DNA of 64,000 bases from Octopus sinensis (GCF_006345805.1 NC_043000.1:122388001-122452000); one strand, 5' to 3'; shown: positions 11,511-25,749, counted from the first letter of the stretch. The notes: a model not told the origin generated them from the letters alone. Numbers and translations: made by a program.

Positions 11511-12436
11511 TGTATGTATGTATGTATGCATGCATGCATGTATGTATGTATGTATTTATGTATGTACATATGCGAAATCTCCCGTCGAAGACTATGTAAA
11601 TTTGGCTGAATGCCCAGTACAAATGATTTACTTATAGCGTTCATCTGTATGTGCTGTACATTAGTTCACTTCCTTCGTCAAATCGGCGTTACCTGAACAG
11701 GTGAACAGTGTTCCACGCGTACGGTGTCGACATGAGATGGAGTGTTTTTCTCAAGAACACAATGGCTACCCAGTTTAGGAACTGAAACCACGATCCCACG
11801 GTGGTGAATGCAGCACCCTATTGTTACTCAGATTGCTATATCAAGTATTCTGGTAGCTGCTGTAGAATATATGCTGTCCTTAGGAAATTGTTAGACGCTT
11901 CATAAATGTCACACCAAATTATGTATATTTCTTTACACCTATATAATGATCTTTCCTCACTTCAGTTGGAAAGCAACGTGAAGCATACCTACTGTTTTGA
12001 GTAGAAAGTTAATAAGATTCAGACTCCTCGAGAGGTGACACCTTGCTTTCCAAATAGCAGATTAAAACAATATTAGTCCTTTAACATTTTTTTTCGTCCC
12101 CCATCACCATTGCGCTGTAATTCTATTTTAAATTAATTAAAGTTTTAAAGATGTCTCCCTTTGATTAACATAAGCCATTGACCTTATTGATTTCACTTTA
12201 TTGCAACGGTAATTATATTTCTTTGAAATGTCTTTACTCAATGCTTTACTTGTGTGCTACTACTTATTTGATTACTATGTTGAAACCTTTATGTAAATTT
12301 TTTGTAAGAAGATTGCTGTTTAAACACGTCGTCCCGGGTTCGGTCCCACTTCGAGGCAACTTCGGCAAGTCCCGTCTACTATAGAGGCTTTGTGAGTGAA
12401 TTTAGTTGACGGAAGCTGCAAGAAGCCATTTGAATA

Positions 12437-12449
12437 GATAGATAGATAA

Positions 12450-12524
<75 letters not shown>

Positions 12525-12530
12525 CATAGT

Positions 12531-12613
<83 letters not shown>
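12437..12613. repeat. (GATA)n microsatellite
   Basis: Direct. Confidence 0.95.
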
Positions 12614-12614
<1 letters not shown>

Positions 12615-12947
12615 ACTGCTCCAGCCTTAGGAATGGTAAACGATGCCCCACTCACGATATTTGCCGGACATTGCCCTATCTGATTATCATTTATTCAGCA
12701 GTCTTCAAAATGATTTGGACAGAAAAAAACATGAATTATGTAGACGGGGTCAGATCAGAACTGTAGGAGTATCTTTCATCGCGGATAAATGGATTTTGGA
12801 AGAGGGGCTTTCAAGTCTACCAGACAGATGGCATTGCATTGTAGAAAATGAAGGAGAATGTATTTTAGATTTAAAACAACTATATTTATCTTAATTATGA
12901 AAGATAAGAGAAATATTATTTACCGCATTATTTATGGTATGACCCAA
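12614..12947 (+). mobile_element. Mariner transposase 3' relic with right TIR
   Basis: [22 protein letters not shown] resembles HPPYSPDLAPSDYHLF.SLQN; LPDRW..IVENEGE; terminal cgcattatttatggtatgacccaa. Confidence 0.8.
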
Positions 12948-14023
12948 CATATATATATATATATAAGAGCCTGCTAACAACTGTACCTTTGTATATATAT
13001 AATCTGTGGGTATTGGGATATGACTACCTTCTACGTATATTTCCTATTTAGTACTGGGTACGTTTCATTTATGAGGACTACTCCTGTACTTGTCTGAGTG
13101 TTGGGTCCTTCGGGTGCTTGGATAAAACGCAGATGTCAAGTTGACCCAGTGTGCTCCCATGTTGGCAGAGTATGGAGGACTGTATATACCATATTTTCCG
13201 GTATCAAAAACGCTTTGTCCTCGAGGATATACCTTAATTTTGAGAACCGAAAATTTGAAAAAAGAAGTAACAAATATAAAAATAAGATCCAGGCACTTCG
13301 TGTCTTGTTACCTTTACAGATGCAATAAAAAAAAACATCTCTGTAACCTCCACTATACCACTTAAAATGTGCTAAAACTCATTTATCTACAATTTATCCA
13401 GCAGGGAGAATCTCATAATTACAATATTCAAATTTTAAACAGCTCTATACGACTACACCATAAATTATGCATGTTTCAATGCACTCATAACAATTCTGTC
13501 TTTGACTCGACATGTTACGTGAAGTCAAACATCAGCTGATAAGGATTAAAATGATTGAAACATGTTTGAAGTTATATACTCTAATAAAAATATAAACATA
13601 TTGTTACTCAGTAACGAATATAAGTAGTTCATTGTACTTAAGAGAGATTATAACACCAATATGACTATACACAAAAACAAACAGACACAAGCAAATTTGC
13701 ATGGCTTTGTCTGAATATATGTGTCGTTGTGTGTTCATATATATGTGTGTATGTAAATGTGTACGTATGTAAAAAATATTCTTTTGTTTGATTTCCACAT
13801 AAACATTTAACGTACATACACAGAAATCGTCAGGCAGATCGTGTAAAGTGCATACACTTATTCGAATTACTGTGTATACAAAAATAACATTTGTATATAA
13901 TGTGCACGAATCTGTGCATCCAAAAGCCATAGCATAGTAAGTAAATATATTTACTCAAATAGTATGCACGTGCACCTACTCGCACGCACATACAAACTTA
14001 TGCATAAGTATGTTATATATATA

Positions 14024-14268
14024 TGGAGGCGCAATGGCCCAGTGGTTAGGGCAGCGGACTCACGATTCCCAGACCGGCCGATGAGAGTGTTTATTGAGCG
14101 AAAACACCTAAAGCTCCAGCAGTTGGTAGTGATCCTTGGTGTACTCTTTCGCCACAATTTTCTCTCACTCTTTCTTCTTAGCCAGTGGAGTGGCGTCTTT
14201 GAAGGCTAAAACAATGTGTAGCGCATTGTGACCAGTGATGTGTTGCAACATCTGATGGCTTGGTTGGT

Positions 14269-14276
<8 letters not shown>
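14024..14276 (+). mobile_element. tRNA SINE family 2, tail a (internally deleted)
   Basis: Head tggaggcgcaatggcccagtggttagggcagcggactc; tail ending ggtcacgtgat. Confidence 0.85.
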
Positions 14277-14335
<59 letters not shown>

Positions 14336-14340
14336 ATATA

Positions 14341-15527
14341 TAGAAAATAGTAAAAAGTGAAAAAACTACAGAAGGCTTGTTTTAAAAGGTTAAAAAATAT
14401 ATATTTGAGTCAATATGTCTGAAGAATATTATAAATTTTTTTTCTTACAATGACATAGTTTAGAAGAAAGACCGGTTTCGCGTTTAGCTTTTCAAATTTC
14501 TTACGTCGTTATGTTTATGTTGAGCAGAGTTATCGTTATGTTTATGTTGAAAAGAGTTATAAATAAGGGGAGGTAATGAGTGATTTCTTCCGGTGTAAGG
14601 GAGATAATCGCTTAAAATTTTTTGCCTTTCCCTTGGTGTGAATTTCTCTGTATCAGTATGTTGGAATGGTTAAGTCTGGGCTTGTACTTTTCAATGAAGA
14701 ATGTTTCCTTGTTTAGTCTAATTTGTGTTGATGACCCGATCGCACATTGGTAAAATGGAAAGATTAAAAATTGTGGTAGTAGTTGCTTTACGCATTTCTC
14801 AATGTGCTCACTAAAAGGTAAGCTGTTGTCGATGCAGTGTGCATCTACGTCTGAGTGATAGTCCCGTTGATCCCACGTAGTCTTGGTGGCAGCCCGAGCA
14901 TTTTATGACTTAAATTATGTTTTCAGAGGCACAAGTAAAGTTAGATTTGATCTTGTATTTCTGTCCCTCTTTGAAGAGGAATTCTGATCCTTCTAGCAGG
15001 TTTGGACATGTTGCACAGTTCGATCTACCACATTTTTTTACTTTTGCATCCGTAATTTCAGAAAACAATTTTCCTTTTGTGAGAATTTAGGTTGTTTGTA
15101 GCTTTTAATGATTTGGTGTATGTATAGAATTTCCTTTAATTTGGGGTCCTTATGAATTATTGGTAAATTCTGGGTGATGATGGTGAAGGCTTCTTTGTTT
15201 CTGGGGTTGTATGTAGATATGTAAGGTAGTATTTTTGGGGAAGGTGTGTTGTTGTGTTGAACTTTTCTTAAAGTTTCTATGTTGATTTCTCTATGAGTTG
15301 AGCTGGGTAATGTCTGTCAATTAGGGTGTTTTTGAGTTCTTGCAGTCTAAAGTTCCTGGTATTTTGTTCTGACACTATTGTGCATATCCTTCTTGCAAGG
15401 TTCTTCTAAACTATGTCATTGTAAGAAAAAAATTTATAATATTCTTCAGACATATTGACTCAAATATATATTTTTTAACCTTTTAAAACAAGCCTTCTGT
15501 AGTTTTTTCACTTTTTACTATTTTCTA
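14341..15527 (-). mobile_element. 5'-truncated Neptune-like PLE (thumb + GIY-YIG, decayed) with inverted pseudo-LTR
   Basis: Minus translation NLARRICTIVSEQ...KKCGRSNCATCPNLLEGSEF...SNFTCASENII*VIKCSGCHQDYVG; inverted arms 14341-14468 / 15401-15527 differ only in a T-run length. Confidence 0.85.
14464..14503 (-). ncRNA. Minimal hammerhead ribozyme, U3:A8 core variant
   Basis: Minus: aagaaat UUGAAAA gc-taaac-gc GAAA ccg GUC ttttctt. Stem I has a U-U at the first position; 2-bp stem II; palindromic accggt stem III. Confidence 0.6.
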
Positions 15528-15683
15528 TATATTCAACCACGTGCTTTCACAAACCAACTTTCTTATATATATATATATATAACGATAGACAGATATGCAT
15601 TTATATACAACATGAAAATATGTATATATGTATCAATAAATACAGTATATATAGGTGTGTGTGTATGTATAAATATATACATA

Positions 15684-15715
<32 letters not shown>

Positions 15716-17146
15716 CGTATGTATGTATACCGAGCTAGAGAGAGAGAGAGAGAGAGAGAGAGCGGAAGAGAGACATGGGATGGTGAACGGTAAAGAGAGA
15801 ATTAATGTAACCATATAATGAACAAATTATGTTTATTCCTACCATAGCAACGATATGGTTCTCCACAAGTACAGTCAAACCGACACAAGCTTTTAATATA
15901 CATCAACAAATTTGTAAATTGTTAGTTTTTTTACACGAGTATAAATATTATTCTAATATCTTCTCTCAATTTAATCAGATAGCAATAGCAGTGAGTAATT
16001 AAAATGCTGCTTATTTTCACTTTTAAATCGTTGAATTAATATTATATATATTTTTTCCTCTACTTTCAACTGACATAAAATTATTTCGTGCTGAAGGCTG
16101 GTTAGATTTGTATACAATCCAATACATGATGAAATTATGTCTAGCATTTCTTGAATTACAAAATTATAGTCGTGTTTGTGCATGAGATGTTATACATTGT
16201 TGTGAACAATATTGGCAAAGACATAGAATATTACACAGATTCTTACGTCGATGTAACAAGACCTTCCGGCTAGAATGGCGTAAAAACATTTAATACAGTT
16301 TGCTTCCTGTTGTAGTTTTGTTCCCGAATGTAAAAGCCATGTAAATCTATAGGAAACTACGGATATTAACTAATATCTTCTCATTGTGCAAAACATCCAA
16401 TATATTTAGCGTCAGTATTTAAAATATTTCATTCCAAGGTATCTCCACCTCCTGCGTTAACATTACAAGATCTGTAACTTCTGTATATTTCTATGTGATA
16501 TTGACTATTAACGAACTCATCTGATTGTTGCCCTAATGGATTTTTCTGTTACGCTTTAGAGATAAGCCATTTATCTAAATGCAACTTTCTTTCTACTATC
16601 TCCAGGCCTTTCTTAATGATTTTTCTCAATGTGTCTGCAGTATGTGTATGTGCACATGCCGACGTGTCTGTTTGTGTGTGTTACTCACCAAAGCAACATG
16701 GCGGACAACAATATTGTACATCCGAAAGGAATAGAATAATACAAAAGAAATATATTCGAAAGAAAAATCGATGATATAATTGAATCTTAGCGAAATATTT
16801 TTTTCCACTTCATACAAAGTAATTAATTATCCCCCACCATTTCTTACAATGCAGTCAAATTAAACAATATTTTGCCTTGCTTAATAATTAATCAGAGGCG
16901 TAAATCTGTTTCGCGCCAATTAGTTCAATCAATCCTTTATATCAGTAAATAATTCTATCTTTGATTCAGTTAACGTCAATCACTCTATGGCTCTATCAAG
17001 TTATTTACAATACGTCGGAATAGCTGTGTGGTGATGGTGCGTTTTATAGAATGCTCAGACATTGAAAATGTTCTTTTCGTGTTGAGTATCTTTAACATAA
17101 GCCAGTATGACATTATAAGAATATCAACTAGTAATTTTTATTTTTC

Positions 17147-17524
17147 GCACTCCGTCGGTTACGATGATGAGGGTCCCAGCTGATACGATCAACGGAACAG
17201 CTTGCTCGTGGAATTAACGTGCAAGCGGTTGAGCACTCCACAGACACGTGTACCCTTAACGTAGTTCTCGAGGAGATTCAGCGTGACACAGATTATGACA
17301 AGGCTGGCCCTTTGAAATACAGGTACAACAGAAACAGGAAGAAAGAGTGAGGGAAAGTTGTGGTGAAAGAGTACAGCAGGGTTCACCACCACCCCCTGCA
17401 GGAGCCTCGTGAAGCTTTAGGTGTTTTCGCTCAATAAACACTCACAATGCCCGGTCTGGGAATCGAAACCGCGATCCTACGACCGCGTGTCCGCTGCCCT
17501 AACCACTGGGCCATTGCGCCTCCA
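17147..17524 (-). mobile_element. tRNA SINE family 2, tail b
   Basis: Same head/body as 14024; tail ...gtacctgtatttcaaagggccagcc...accgacggagtgc. Confidence 0.85.
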
Positions 17525-17825
17525 CCATCTAGTTATATCTGTGGTTGAAATCTACCCCTCGATACAGAGCAATTCAGCAAACCGTTTGTTTAATCATATA
17601 AGTATTTGTAACTGTTATCAGCTATTTACAAGGAAAAGTGTACAAGGAAATGTGTACAATTTCTATTGGGTAATAGGTAACAGGGACTGTTCAGTGATAC
17701 TTCAGTTATAGAGTGTCCGCAGCGCCATTCGGAGGTAATTTTCTGTGAAACCTTATCTCGCTTTCGACTGTATTCGACACGGTAGATCAGTAACTACCAA
17801 TTGATTGTCTAAAATCTTATGTTGA

Positions 17826-18075
17826 TAACTAGTATCCATATTATTGGTCCTCCGTCGGTTACGACGATAAGGGCTCCAGTTGAACCGATCAACGAAACAG
17901 CCTGATCGTGAAATTGTTGTGCAAGTGGTTGAGCACTCCACAGGCACGTGTACCCCTAACATAATTCTCAGGGACATTCAGTGTGACACAGAATGTGACG
18001 AGGCTCGCCCTTTGAAATGCAGGACTACTCATTTTGCCAGCTGATTGAATAGAGCAACGAGAAATAAAATGCCAT
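17826..18075 (-). mobile_element. Older SINE fragment sharing tail b but with a different upstream module
   Basis: Tail matches 17147-17330; upstream reads ttttgccagctg..gagcaacgagaaataaa instead of the family-2 body. Confidence 0.6.
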
Positions 18076-18170
18076 ATTATTAATAGACCCCGAATACTCT
18101 CTGGTCGCTATACATGACACTACTGACCAAAACACTCTCAGGGAGTAAAGTCTTGAAAGTGAACACCTGG

Positions 18171-18338
18171 GGCACCAAGGTGCAGTTGTGACTGTGTGGT
18201 AAGTAGATTGCTTAACAACCACATGGTTCCGCGTTCAATCCAACTGTGTGGCACCTTGGGCAAGTGTCTTCTACTATAGCCTCGGGCTGACCCAAGCTTT
18301 GTGAGTGGATTTGATACTGATACTGAAAGAAGCCCGTC

Positions 18339-18392
<54 letters not shown>

Positions 18393-18600
18393 ATGTGTTT
18401 GTTTCTCTGTATGCGTTTGTCTCCCCAACATCGCTTGACAACTGATGTTGGTGTGTTTACGTCCCCGTAACTTAGCGGTTCGGCAAAGGGGGCCAATAGA
18501 ATAAGAACTAGGCTTACAACGAATAAGTCTTGGGGTCGATTTCCTCGACTAAAGGCGGTGTGTCCAGCATGGTCGCAGTCAAATGACTTAAACAAAATAA
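18171..18600 (+). mobile_element. CORE-type SINE family 1
   Basis: Match to the other family-1 copies. Confidence 0.85.
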
Positions 18601-18704
18601 TAAAAGAATATACGATGCGGATTATAAAAGTAAGAATACAAATAATAGTTGGAGAACAAATTAGGATAACGATGATTAAATAAACAAAAGTATGTATATA
18701 ATCT

Positions 18705-19099
18705 TTTCTGCTCTAGGCACAAGGCCGGAAATTTTGCGGAGTGGGGGTGCCAAGCGATTAGACTGATCCAATACGCAATTGGTGTGTAATTTATCGACTC
18801 CGAATGATGAAAAGCAAAGTCGACCTCGGCGGAATTTGAACTCAGAACGTAGCGGTAGACGAAATACCTATTTCCTTACTACCCACAAAGGGCTAAACAC
18901 AGAGAGGACAAGCAAGGACAGGCAAATGGATTAAGTCGATTATATCGATCCCAGTGCGTAACAGGTACTTATTTAATCGACCCCGAAAGTATGAAGGGCA
19001 AATCGACCTCGGCGTTTTTGAACTCAGAACGTGGCAGCAGACGAAATACGGCTACGCATTTCGCCCGGCGTGCTAACGTTTCTGCCAGCTCACCGCCTT
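18705..19099 (-). mobile_element. Meta-type SINE heterodimer: head + tail-A unit + tail-B unit
   Basis: Junction gacgaaatac|ctatttcc at 18867/18868; the distal unit ends in tail B (ccttgtgcctagag on minus). Confidence 0.85.
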
Positions 19100-19894
19100 A
19101 AAAAAGATATATATAAAATATAAGTACTCGGTAGTCTCCACTCAGTTCACTAAATTGCCTAGTGACTACTTTGAATTCAATAACACAGTGCACACACTAC
19201 AATTTTCTTCCGAGCATAACGTGTGCAGACCAGTGGATGTGTATGATGGTAGCAACGAAACCTTTCAGATGGAGCATTATAGAAAGCATAATGCTCTTCA
19301 AGGTTTCGTAATCCTTCTAAGGAATAAAATATTTAAACAAAATACTATAGTTACATTGCAAGAACATGTGCAAAAAAAATAGTTTTCTGGATAAAATCAT
19401 TAATACAAAGAAGATTTTATACTGAGAGACAAGTAAAATGGATTATGAAACTTCAAGGCCCCATAGGATTTCATTTTATAAGTTCTTGCCTCTATTAGTA
19501 ATTCCGATAAAAAATTAACATGGAGGTTTCCAGTCTACGCAAATATCTCAGAAGCAGCATATGCTTGGCTTGAAAGAACTATATATGAAAATATATTGTG
19601 TGTAATACACATCTGCGCAAGATTAGCTTCTTTTTAATTAAAATTATCTACTTTTCTTCTACATTCTTTCTGAAATATGATACGAAACATTTGCAATAAA
19701 CCCTTTTGGGAATGGAATTCAACATTAAAGTGACTAACGCAACGACTATTCTTATATAAGCATTGCTCATTTCTGTAAGTAGAACCGTACACGGCACCAA
19801 ACATTCAGTGAGTCTATACTGTACGTTATCAACATGCAGGCGAATGACGCACAACTTACTTGCACACTCATCAGACGATGATTTTTTATAACAG

Positions 19895-20125
19895 AGTCGG
19901 TGAGCTGGCGGAAACGGTAGCACGCCGAGTGAAATGCGTAGCCGTATTTCGTCTTCCGCTATGTTCCGCGTTCAAATTCCTCCGAAGTATACTTTGTCTT
20001 TCATACTTTCGGAGTCGATTAATTAAGTACCAGTTACGCACTGGTGTTGATGTAATCGACTGAATCCGTTTGTCTGTCCTTGTTCGTCCCCTCTGTCTTT
20101 AGCCCCTTGTGGGTAGTAAAGAATT
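19895..20125 (+). mobile_element. Meta-type SINE monomer, tail A
   Basis: Match to family 3. Confidence 0.85.
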
Positions 20126-20424
20126 AGATAATATTTATAACATTCGCACAAGGACGGATATCTGGAGAAGCGTTGAGTTGAGTAAATCGAGACTAGTATT
20201 TAACAGGTACTGTATATTTCGACCTTAAAATGATGAAAGACGTAGTAGATTCCATCGGGATTTGAATTTCATGCATAAAGTGCTGAATCTGATAATGCAT
20301 GATAATACGCCAATTCACTGCTATGCCAATCTATTGTCTATTGATAACCCACTAATATTATTCAATACACAAAACTACAAAACTTATAACATATGCACTT
20401 GTTACCCAACAATATATGTATATC

Positions 20425-20650
20425 TTTACTAACCACAAGGGGCTAAACACAGGGAGGGCAAACAAGGACAGACAAACGAATTAAGTCGATTTTATCGACC
20501 CCAGTGCGTAACTGGTACTTAATTCATCGATCCCGAAAGGATGAACGGCAAAGTCAGCTTCGGCGGAATTTGAACGCAGAACGTAACGGCAGACGAAATA
20601 CGGCTACGCATTTCGCTCGGCGTCCTAAAGTTTCTGCCAGCTCGTCGCCT
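20425..20650 (-). mobile_element. Meta-type SINE monomer, tail A, with TSD
   Basis: 19-bp direct repeat ttgttacccaacaatatat at 20399-20417 and 20652-20670. Confidence 0.9.
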
Positions 20651-20954
20651 TTTGTTACCCAACAATATATAGGGAATCACACAGTATATACAGAGCACTA
20701 AAACACTTAACAGAGCTCAAACGGCACGCACGTAGGAAACAATTATCTAAATAAACAATTAACTAATTAAAACACATAGTATGTGAAGCAGTTTCCACTG
20801 GATGATTTTCAAGTCAGGACTGCAGCCAGCTAAAGTAGTTGGGCATTACTCATTGACACAAAGCTATACAGGCAATGAAGGCAATCCCCGACCCTGTATG
20901 CACAAATACGAAATCAAATTTCAGCTATCATTCAGTATCAGTATATTGTTTATG

Positions 20955-21267
20955 TGGAGGCGCAATGGCCCAGTGTTTAGGGCAGCGGACTCGCGGTCGT
21001 AGGATCGCGGTTTCGATTCCCAGACCGAGGCGTTGTGAGTTTTTATTGAGCGAAAACACATTAAGATTCACGAGGCTGCGGCAGGGGGTGGCGGTGATCC
21101 CTGCTGTACTCTTTCACCACAACTTTCTCTCAGTCTTTCTTCTGTTGGTCTGCTCGTTTAGCCAGCAAGGTGGCGTCATTTGAAGGCTAAAACAATGCAA
21201 AGCGCATTGTGACCAGCGATGTGTTGCAGCATCTGATAGCCTGGTCGGTCACGGTGATCACGGTGAT
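20955..21267 (+). mobile_element. tRNA SINE family 2, tail a
   Basis: Full head/body; tail ends in (cacggtgat)2. Confidence 0.9.
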
Positions 21268-22152
21268 CTTGTTTATAGTATTTATATGTCATGTGAAAAA
21301 AAGGAGAAGCTATAAGGTAACAACAGAAACAAAGAACAACATATAAGAAATCAACACAAATCAACACCTGTAAAGACAAAACTCAGATATCCAGGCATAC
21401 TTAGAAGGAAGCAATGGCTTATATGACATTTGAAAACGCACCGACAACTATGACGATGATGATGATGATATTATAACAATGAAGATGCTCGTGGTGCTGG
21501 TGCTGGTGCTGGTGTTTATGGTGGCAGTGTTGATGCTGCTGATGCTGCTCTGTTGCAGCCCGCAATGATGATGAGGTTATATTTAACTTGTTAGCAGAAC
21601 CCAAGGTTCTGCGGAAAATACACAGACGAGATAAAAACGAAAAAACCTGGTGGTCTATATCGAATAAAAATAAGATGAACAAAAAAACAGGATAATGATA
21701 AATATTTCACCTCAAAAAGTTCCGCGGTACTTCTAGGGACCTCGATACAAACAGATTACTGCACCTTCACTAAGCTATCAAATGTGGCAGGTTTGCTCCT
21801 CATAGAAATGCATATTTCGAGTATGCTCGTTCAACATTTCCTATCATGTCACTCTAACACAGTTTTCGTAAACCGCAGCAACCTTGGCAACGCCTTCTCT
21901 ATTCTCACTATCCCTTTTCAGGTGGTAATTAAATTAAGCTGAGTTAATGGCTAGTGATGAAATGTTCTCTCTTCAAACATTTCAGACTAATCAACCATAT
22001 AACTCCTTTAGCCATAAACATCACCCAGTCAAAGTATTCGCCTACCTTTGCCAAATGAATGTGGTACGTCTATTTTCATAATGGAAATAATGATAATCAG
22101 ATTTCTTCCAAAAGTGACAGGAAAAGTTCAGCACAAACTCACACGTCAACAA

Positions 22153-22458
22153 TGTTTGTTTGTTCCTTCTCGAGCTATGCCTGGCTCATAAGGGTCGGTT
22201 TCCCGGTTTCCTTGATGTATAGGTTCCCCACCTGGACGAGACGCCGGTCCGTCGCGGGTGAGCTTGAAGATGCAGGAAGAAAGAGTGAGAGAAAGTTGTG
22301 GCGAAAGAGTCAGCAGAAATTTGCCATTACCTTCTGCCGGAGCCGCGTGGAGCTTAGGTGTTTTGCTCATAAACACACACAACGCTTGGTCTCAGATTCG
22401 AACCCACGATCCCTCGACCGCGAATCCGCTGCTCTAACCACTAGGCCATGTGCCTCCA
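22153..22458 (-). mobile_element. tRNA SINE family 2, tail c
   Basis: Family-2 head/body; distinct tail ...cccgcgacggaccggcg...gagaaggaacaaacaaaca. Confidence 0.85.
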
Positions 22459-23530
22459 CAGTCCACAACGTATCAGGGATTGACACTTCATTGCCTGTAT
22501 AGCTTTGTCTCAACGGGTAATGTCCAACTTCTTCAACTGGCTATAGTACAGACTTGAAAATCATCCAGTAGAAACTACTTGACATACAAAGAGCATTTCG
22601 TCCGTATTCTTCCCTGAATCTTTATATAATGCGCGAGATTTTTTCCTAGAAGAGGAAACTGTACAGCTGATAGATATGTTTGGTCTCATTCTAGAAGTCA
22701 CACATCTAAAATCGGGCTACACCTGATCTACAATTAATCTTCGATCTATTGGATAAGATACAGAAAGGGATGTCGCTTGAAAAGCGCCTACACTATTTTG
22801 CCTTGACTTTGTTGTCGTTGTAACCGTCCCAAAGGTCAGTATATTTCTACAAGTCCGTCAGCCTCAGAGTGCACCAACGTAAGGCAAGCTAAAGAATCGC
22901 AACGCCACTATGTTGTGATTGATATTTCCAGATTTATTTCTTGATCGGCGGGCAACTCTCACTTCTATATCAACTGGAAGAGCAGACACTTCCTTTTGAT
23001 TAACTGTTTTCTGGAATAACTAGGATGATCTGCATTAGTATATAACTACGGTTTCTTCTCAACCTCTCAAAGCCCACAATTCATTGGCTCATTTCTGAGT
23101 AAAGCTGCCACCCTTCCCTAAACACATTTTCTTCCTAATTCTTATCTACCAAGGAGTAGCGCTAGATCCAGGTAACTAGAGAATTAAGCTGGTTCCATAT
23201 AAAACCAACTGCGATCAAAAATCGATGCTAGCCCGGTATGAACTTGCCCACCTAGCTGCTGAACTGCAACCCCACAAAATCATTCTGATCATCGTGTACT
23301 TCGGTAAATTTCTACTGCTGTTCGTTTATCGGATCCCTCACTTTTTCATCCGACCTGTCTGAGTCTATGACGGGGAGGCCTTTCTACATTGTCACTGCGG
23401 CAGTCGCTCCAAAACGAAAACATACAGGAGAGAAGTGACAAGGAAACCTTTGAAGGATCGAGTGTAACCATGAATCACGTCAAAGTACAATTTAACAATC
23501 CGACTTCCAAAGACGGACCCACAACCGATT

Positions 23531-23943
23531 GGTGATAGGAGTGGCTGTGTGGTAAGTAGCTTGCTTACCAACCACATGGTTACGAGTTCATTTCTACTGC
23601 GTGGCACCTCAGGCAAGTGTCTTCTACTATAGCCTCGGGCTGACCAAAGCCTTGTGAGTGGATTTGGTAGACAGAAACTGTAAGAAGCCCGTCGTATATA
23701 TGTATATACGTATATATGTATGCATGTGTATGTTTGTGCATCTGTATTTGTACCCCCAACATCGCTTGACAACCGCTGGTGGTGTGTTTACTTCCCCGTA
23801 ACTTAGCGGTTTGGCAATATAAAGCGATAGAATAAGTACTAGGCTTACAAAAAATAAGTCCTGGGGTCGATTTTTTTAACTAAAGTCGATGCTCCTGCAT
23901 GGCCTCAGTCAAGTGACTGAAACAAGTAAAGAGAAAGAGAGAG
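23531..23943 (+). mobile_element. CORE-type SINE family 1
   Basis: Match to the other family-1 copies. Confidence 0.85.
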
Positions 23944-24149
23944 AGTCAAATTAATTTCTCTAATAATAATATTTTGTCTATTAATATAATACATAACACC
24001 GCAAAACCTTCCAACATCAACGGACCATGGGTTATACTGTGTGAGAATATAGGAACAAATTATTCAGCATAACGAAATAAGGCGCAAAAGATCAATCAGA
24101 CAAGGAATTAAAATATATAGTAGCAGCGCAAATATGACTGAATATGGCC

Positions 24150-25330
24150 AGTAATGAACTCAACAACTCCTTAAGAAATTCGAACATCTGGAAAGCTCCA
24201 AAATTAGAAAGGTACCTACAGCTTATTTGTAGCATATAACTAGATCTCAGAATTAAGTAGGAAGGATATTCATTGACCAGCTGAGGAGACAACACTTGTA
24301 TTGTTGTTCGAGAAAGGACCAGCGTTAATATTCCGAAATAGAAACACCGGCGAGTTCAGGGTTACACACCCGATACGTGGCCCTTTATCGAAAACATTAA
24401 AATGATGTCATCAAACATGGCCTTGTCTGACTAGTATTCCTCACTTTTGTATTCTAGACACTTTCTGAATTACATAGCAGCGAAGAAGCTTACAGAGTGC
24501 ATCACCCATAACAAAACAAAATACAAAGCAAGAATATCACTGCAAAGCAAAGATAGAATCATCAAATCCAGTCCTATACTAATACGAACAGGAATCTTCA
24601 AGACAGAAACGTCTCTCTGATCACATTATCAAATCTATTGAATAAAACAACCCATGCTTAGATGCTATAGATAAGCTAGAAACTATCTCATCTGGGTGTA
24701 GTAATAGCATTTACAAGGTATAATACCTAGTTGATGACCTAATAAAAATTGTTCATAAATTCAACAGAACATAAAATGTGTCTGGGATTAGACATATGCC
24801 CCAAAGGCCCTATAAAAGGAGAAAGTTAACTATAAATGAGAATATGAAATTATATAGAGACACAGAAATTAGATCATTATAACAGTGCCAACCATAAAAA
24901 TATCCAGATGTAGGCGAAACTGTTCACATACATCATACAGTGAAGGAGATATTATACAAGAGTTTTATAGTAGAGTCAAACTAATAAAAACTGAAATTAA
25001 TGTTAGAAATAAGGTATTAGATATAAAATGAATTGTCCGTCCCATTTATAAACTATAGCTTCTACATTATAAACTGTAAGTTAAATGCATTGGACACTTT
25101 AGGCGGGAAAGCACAAGAAACTGCTGAGACTGTTTCGAAGCCGCTGTCACAAAAATGACAAAAGGAAGCCGGACAGGAGAACTATGGAGTTTGATACTAT
25201 AAGACCAGAGCATAGTTACAGTCGCCGGACTAGCCCCCGTGTGGGAGCGAAGCAATAGGAAACTGAACAAGAGGAAACAATAGGAAAACTGTCCTAGGTT
25301 CCAGGCAGGTACTCAACAACAAATGGAAGA
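24150..25330 (+). mobile_element. Highly decayed R4/Dong-like non-LTR relic
   Basis: Patchy motifs only (IKSSPILIRTGIF near 24565; gatgaccta DDL near 24735), ending at a (TGA)n/(GGA)n tract. Confidence 0.35.
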
Positions 25331-25749
25331 AAACCCAATGATGATGATGATGAGGAGGAGGAGGAGGAAGAGGAGGAGGAGGATTTTAACGACGATGATG
25401 TTTTGTAACTTAGCCACAAATCTTCGAAGATACACAAAAGTACTGGGAAAAGTTAAATAGGGACTTACATAGATGTATGTCGTGGGACAGGCAAGTTCTA
25501 AAATAAATGAACGTCGGAATGAATTAATACAGTATAGCAAATTTAAAATTCATGAAAATAATATTGCCACAGGATATTATATATTATATATTGTTCATAA
25601 CTGGAGATTCTACACTCATCTATGGGAAGCTTGTAGGTTATAATTGTCTAGAGAAGAAATGCGCTTTGTTAATTATATTGACCTGCTACGAAGCAGTGAC
25701 AGGAAACTAAGGAAGAAAAAGGAACTCACCACCAGACAGGAAAAACTAT

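Noticed and set aside
21700-23500. Possible decayed LTR-retrotransposon coding sequence
   Set aside because: Composition is suggestive but no diagnostic motif could be read.
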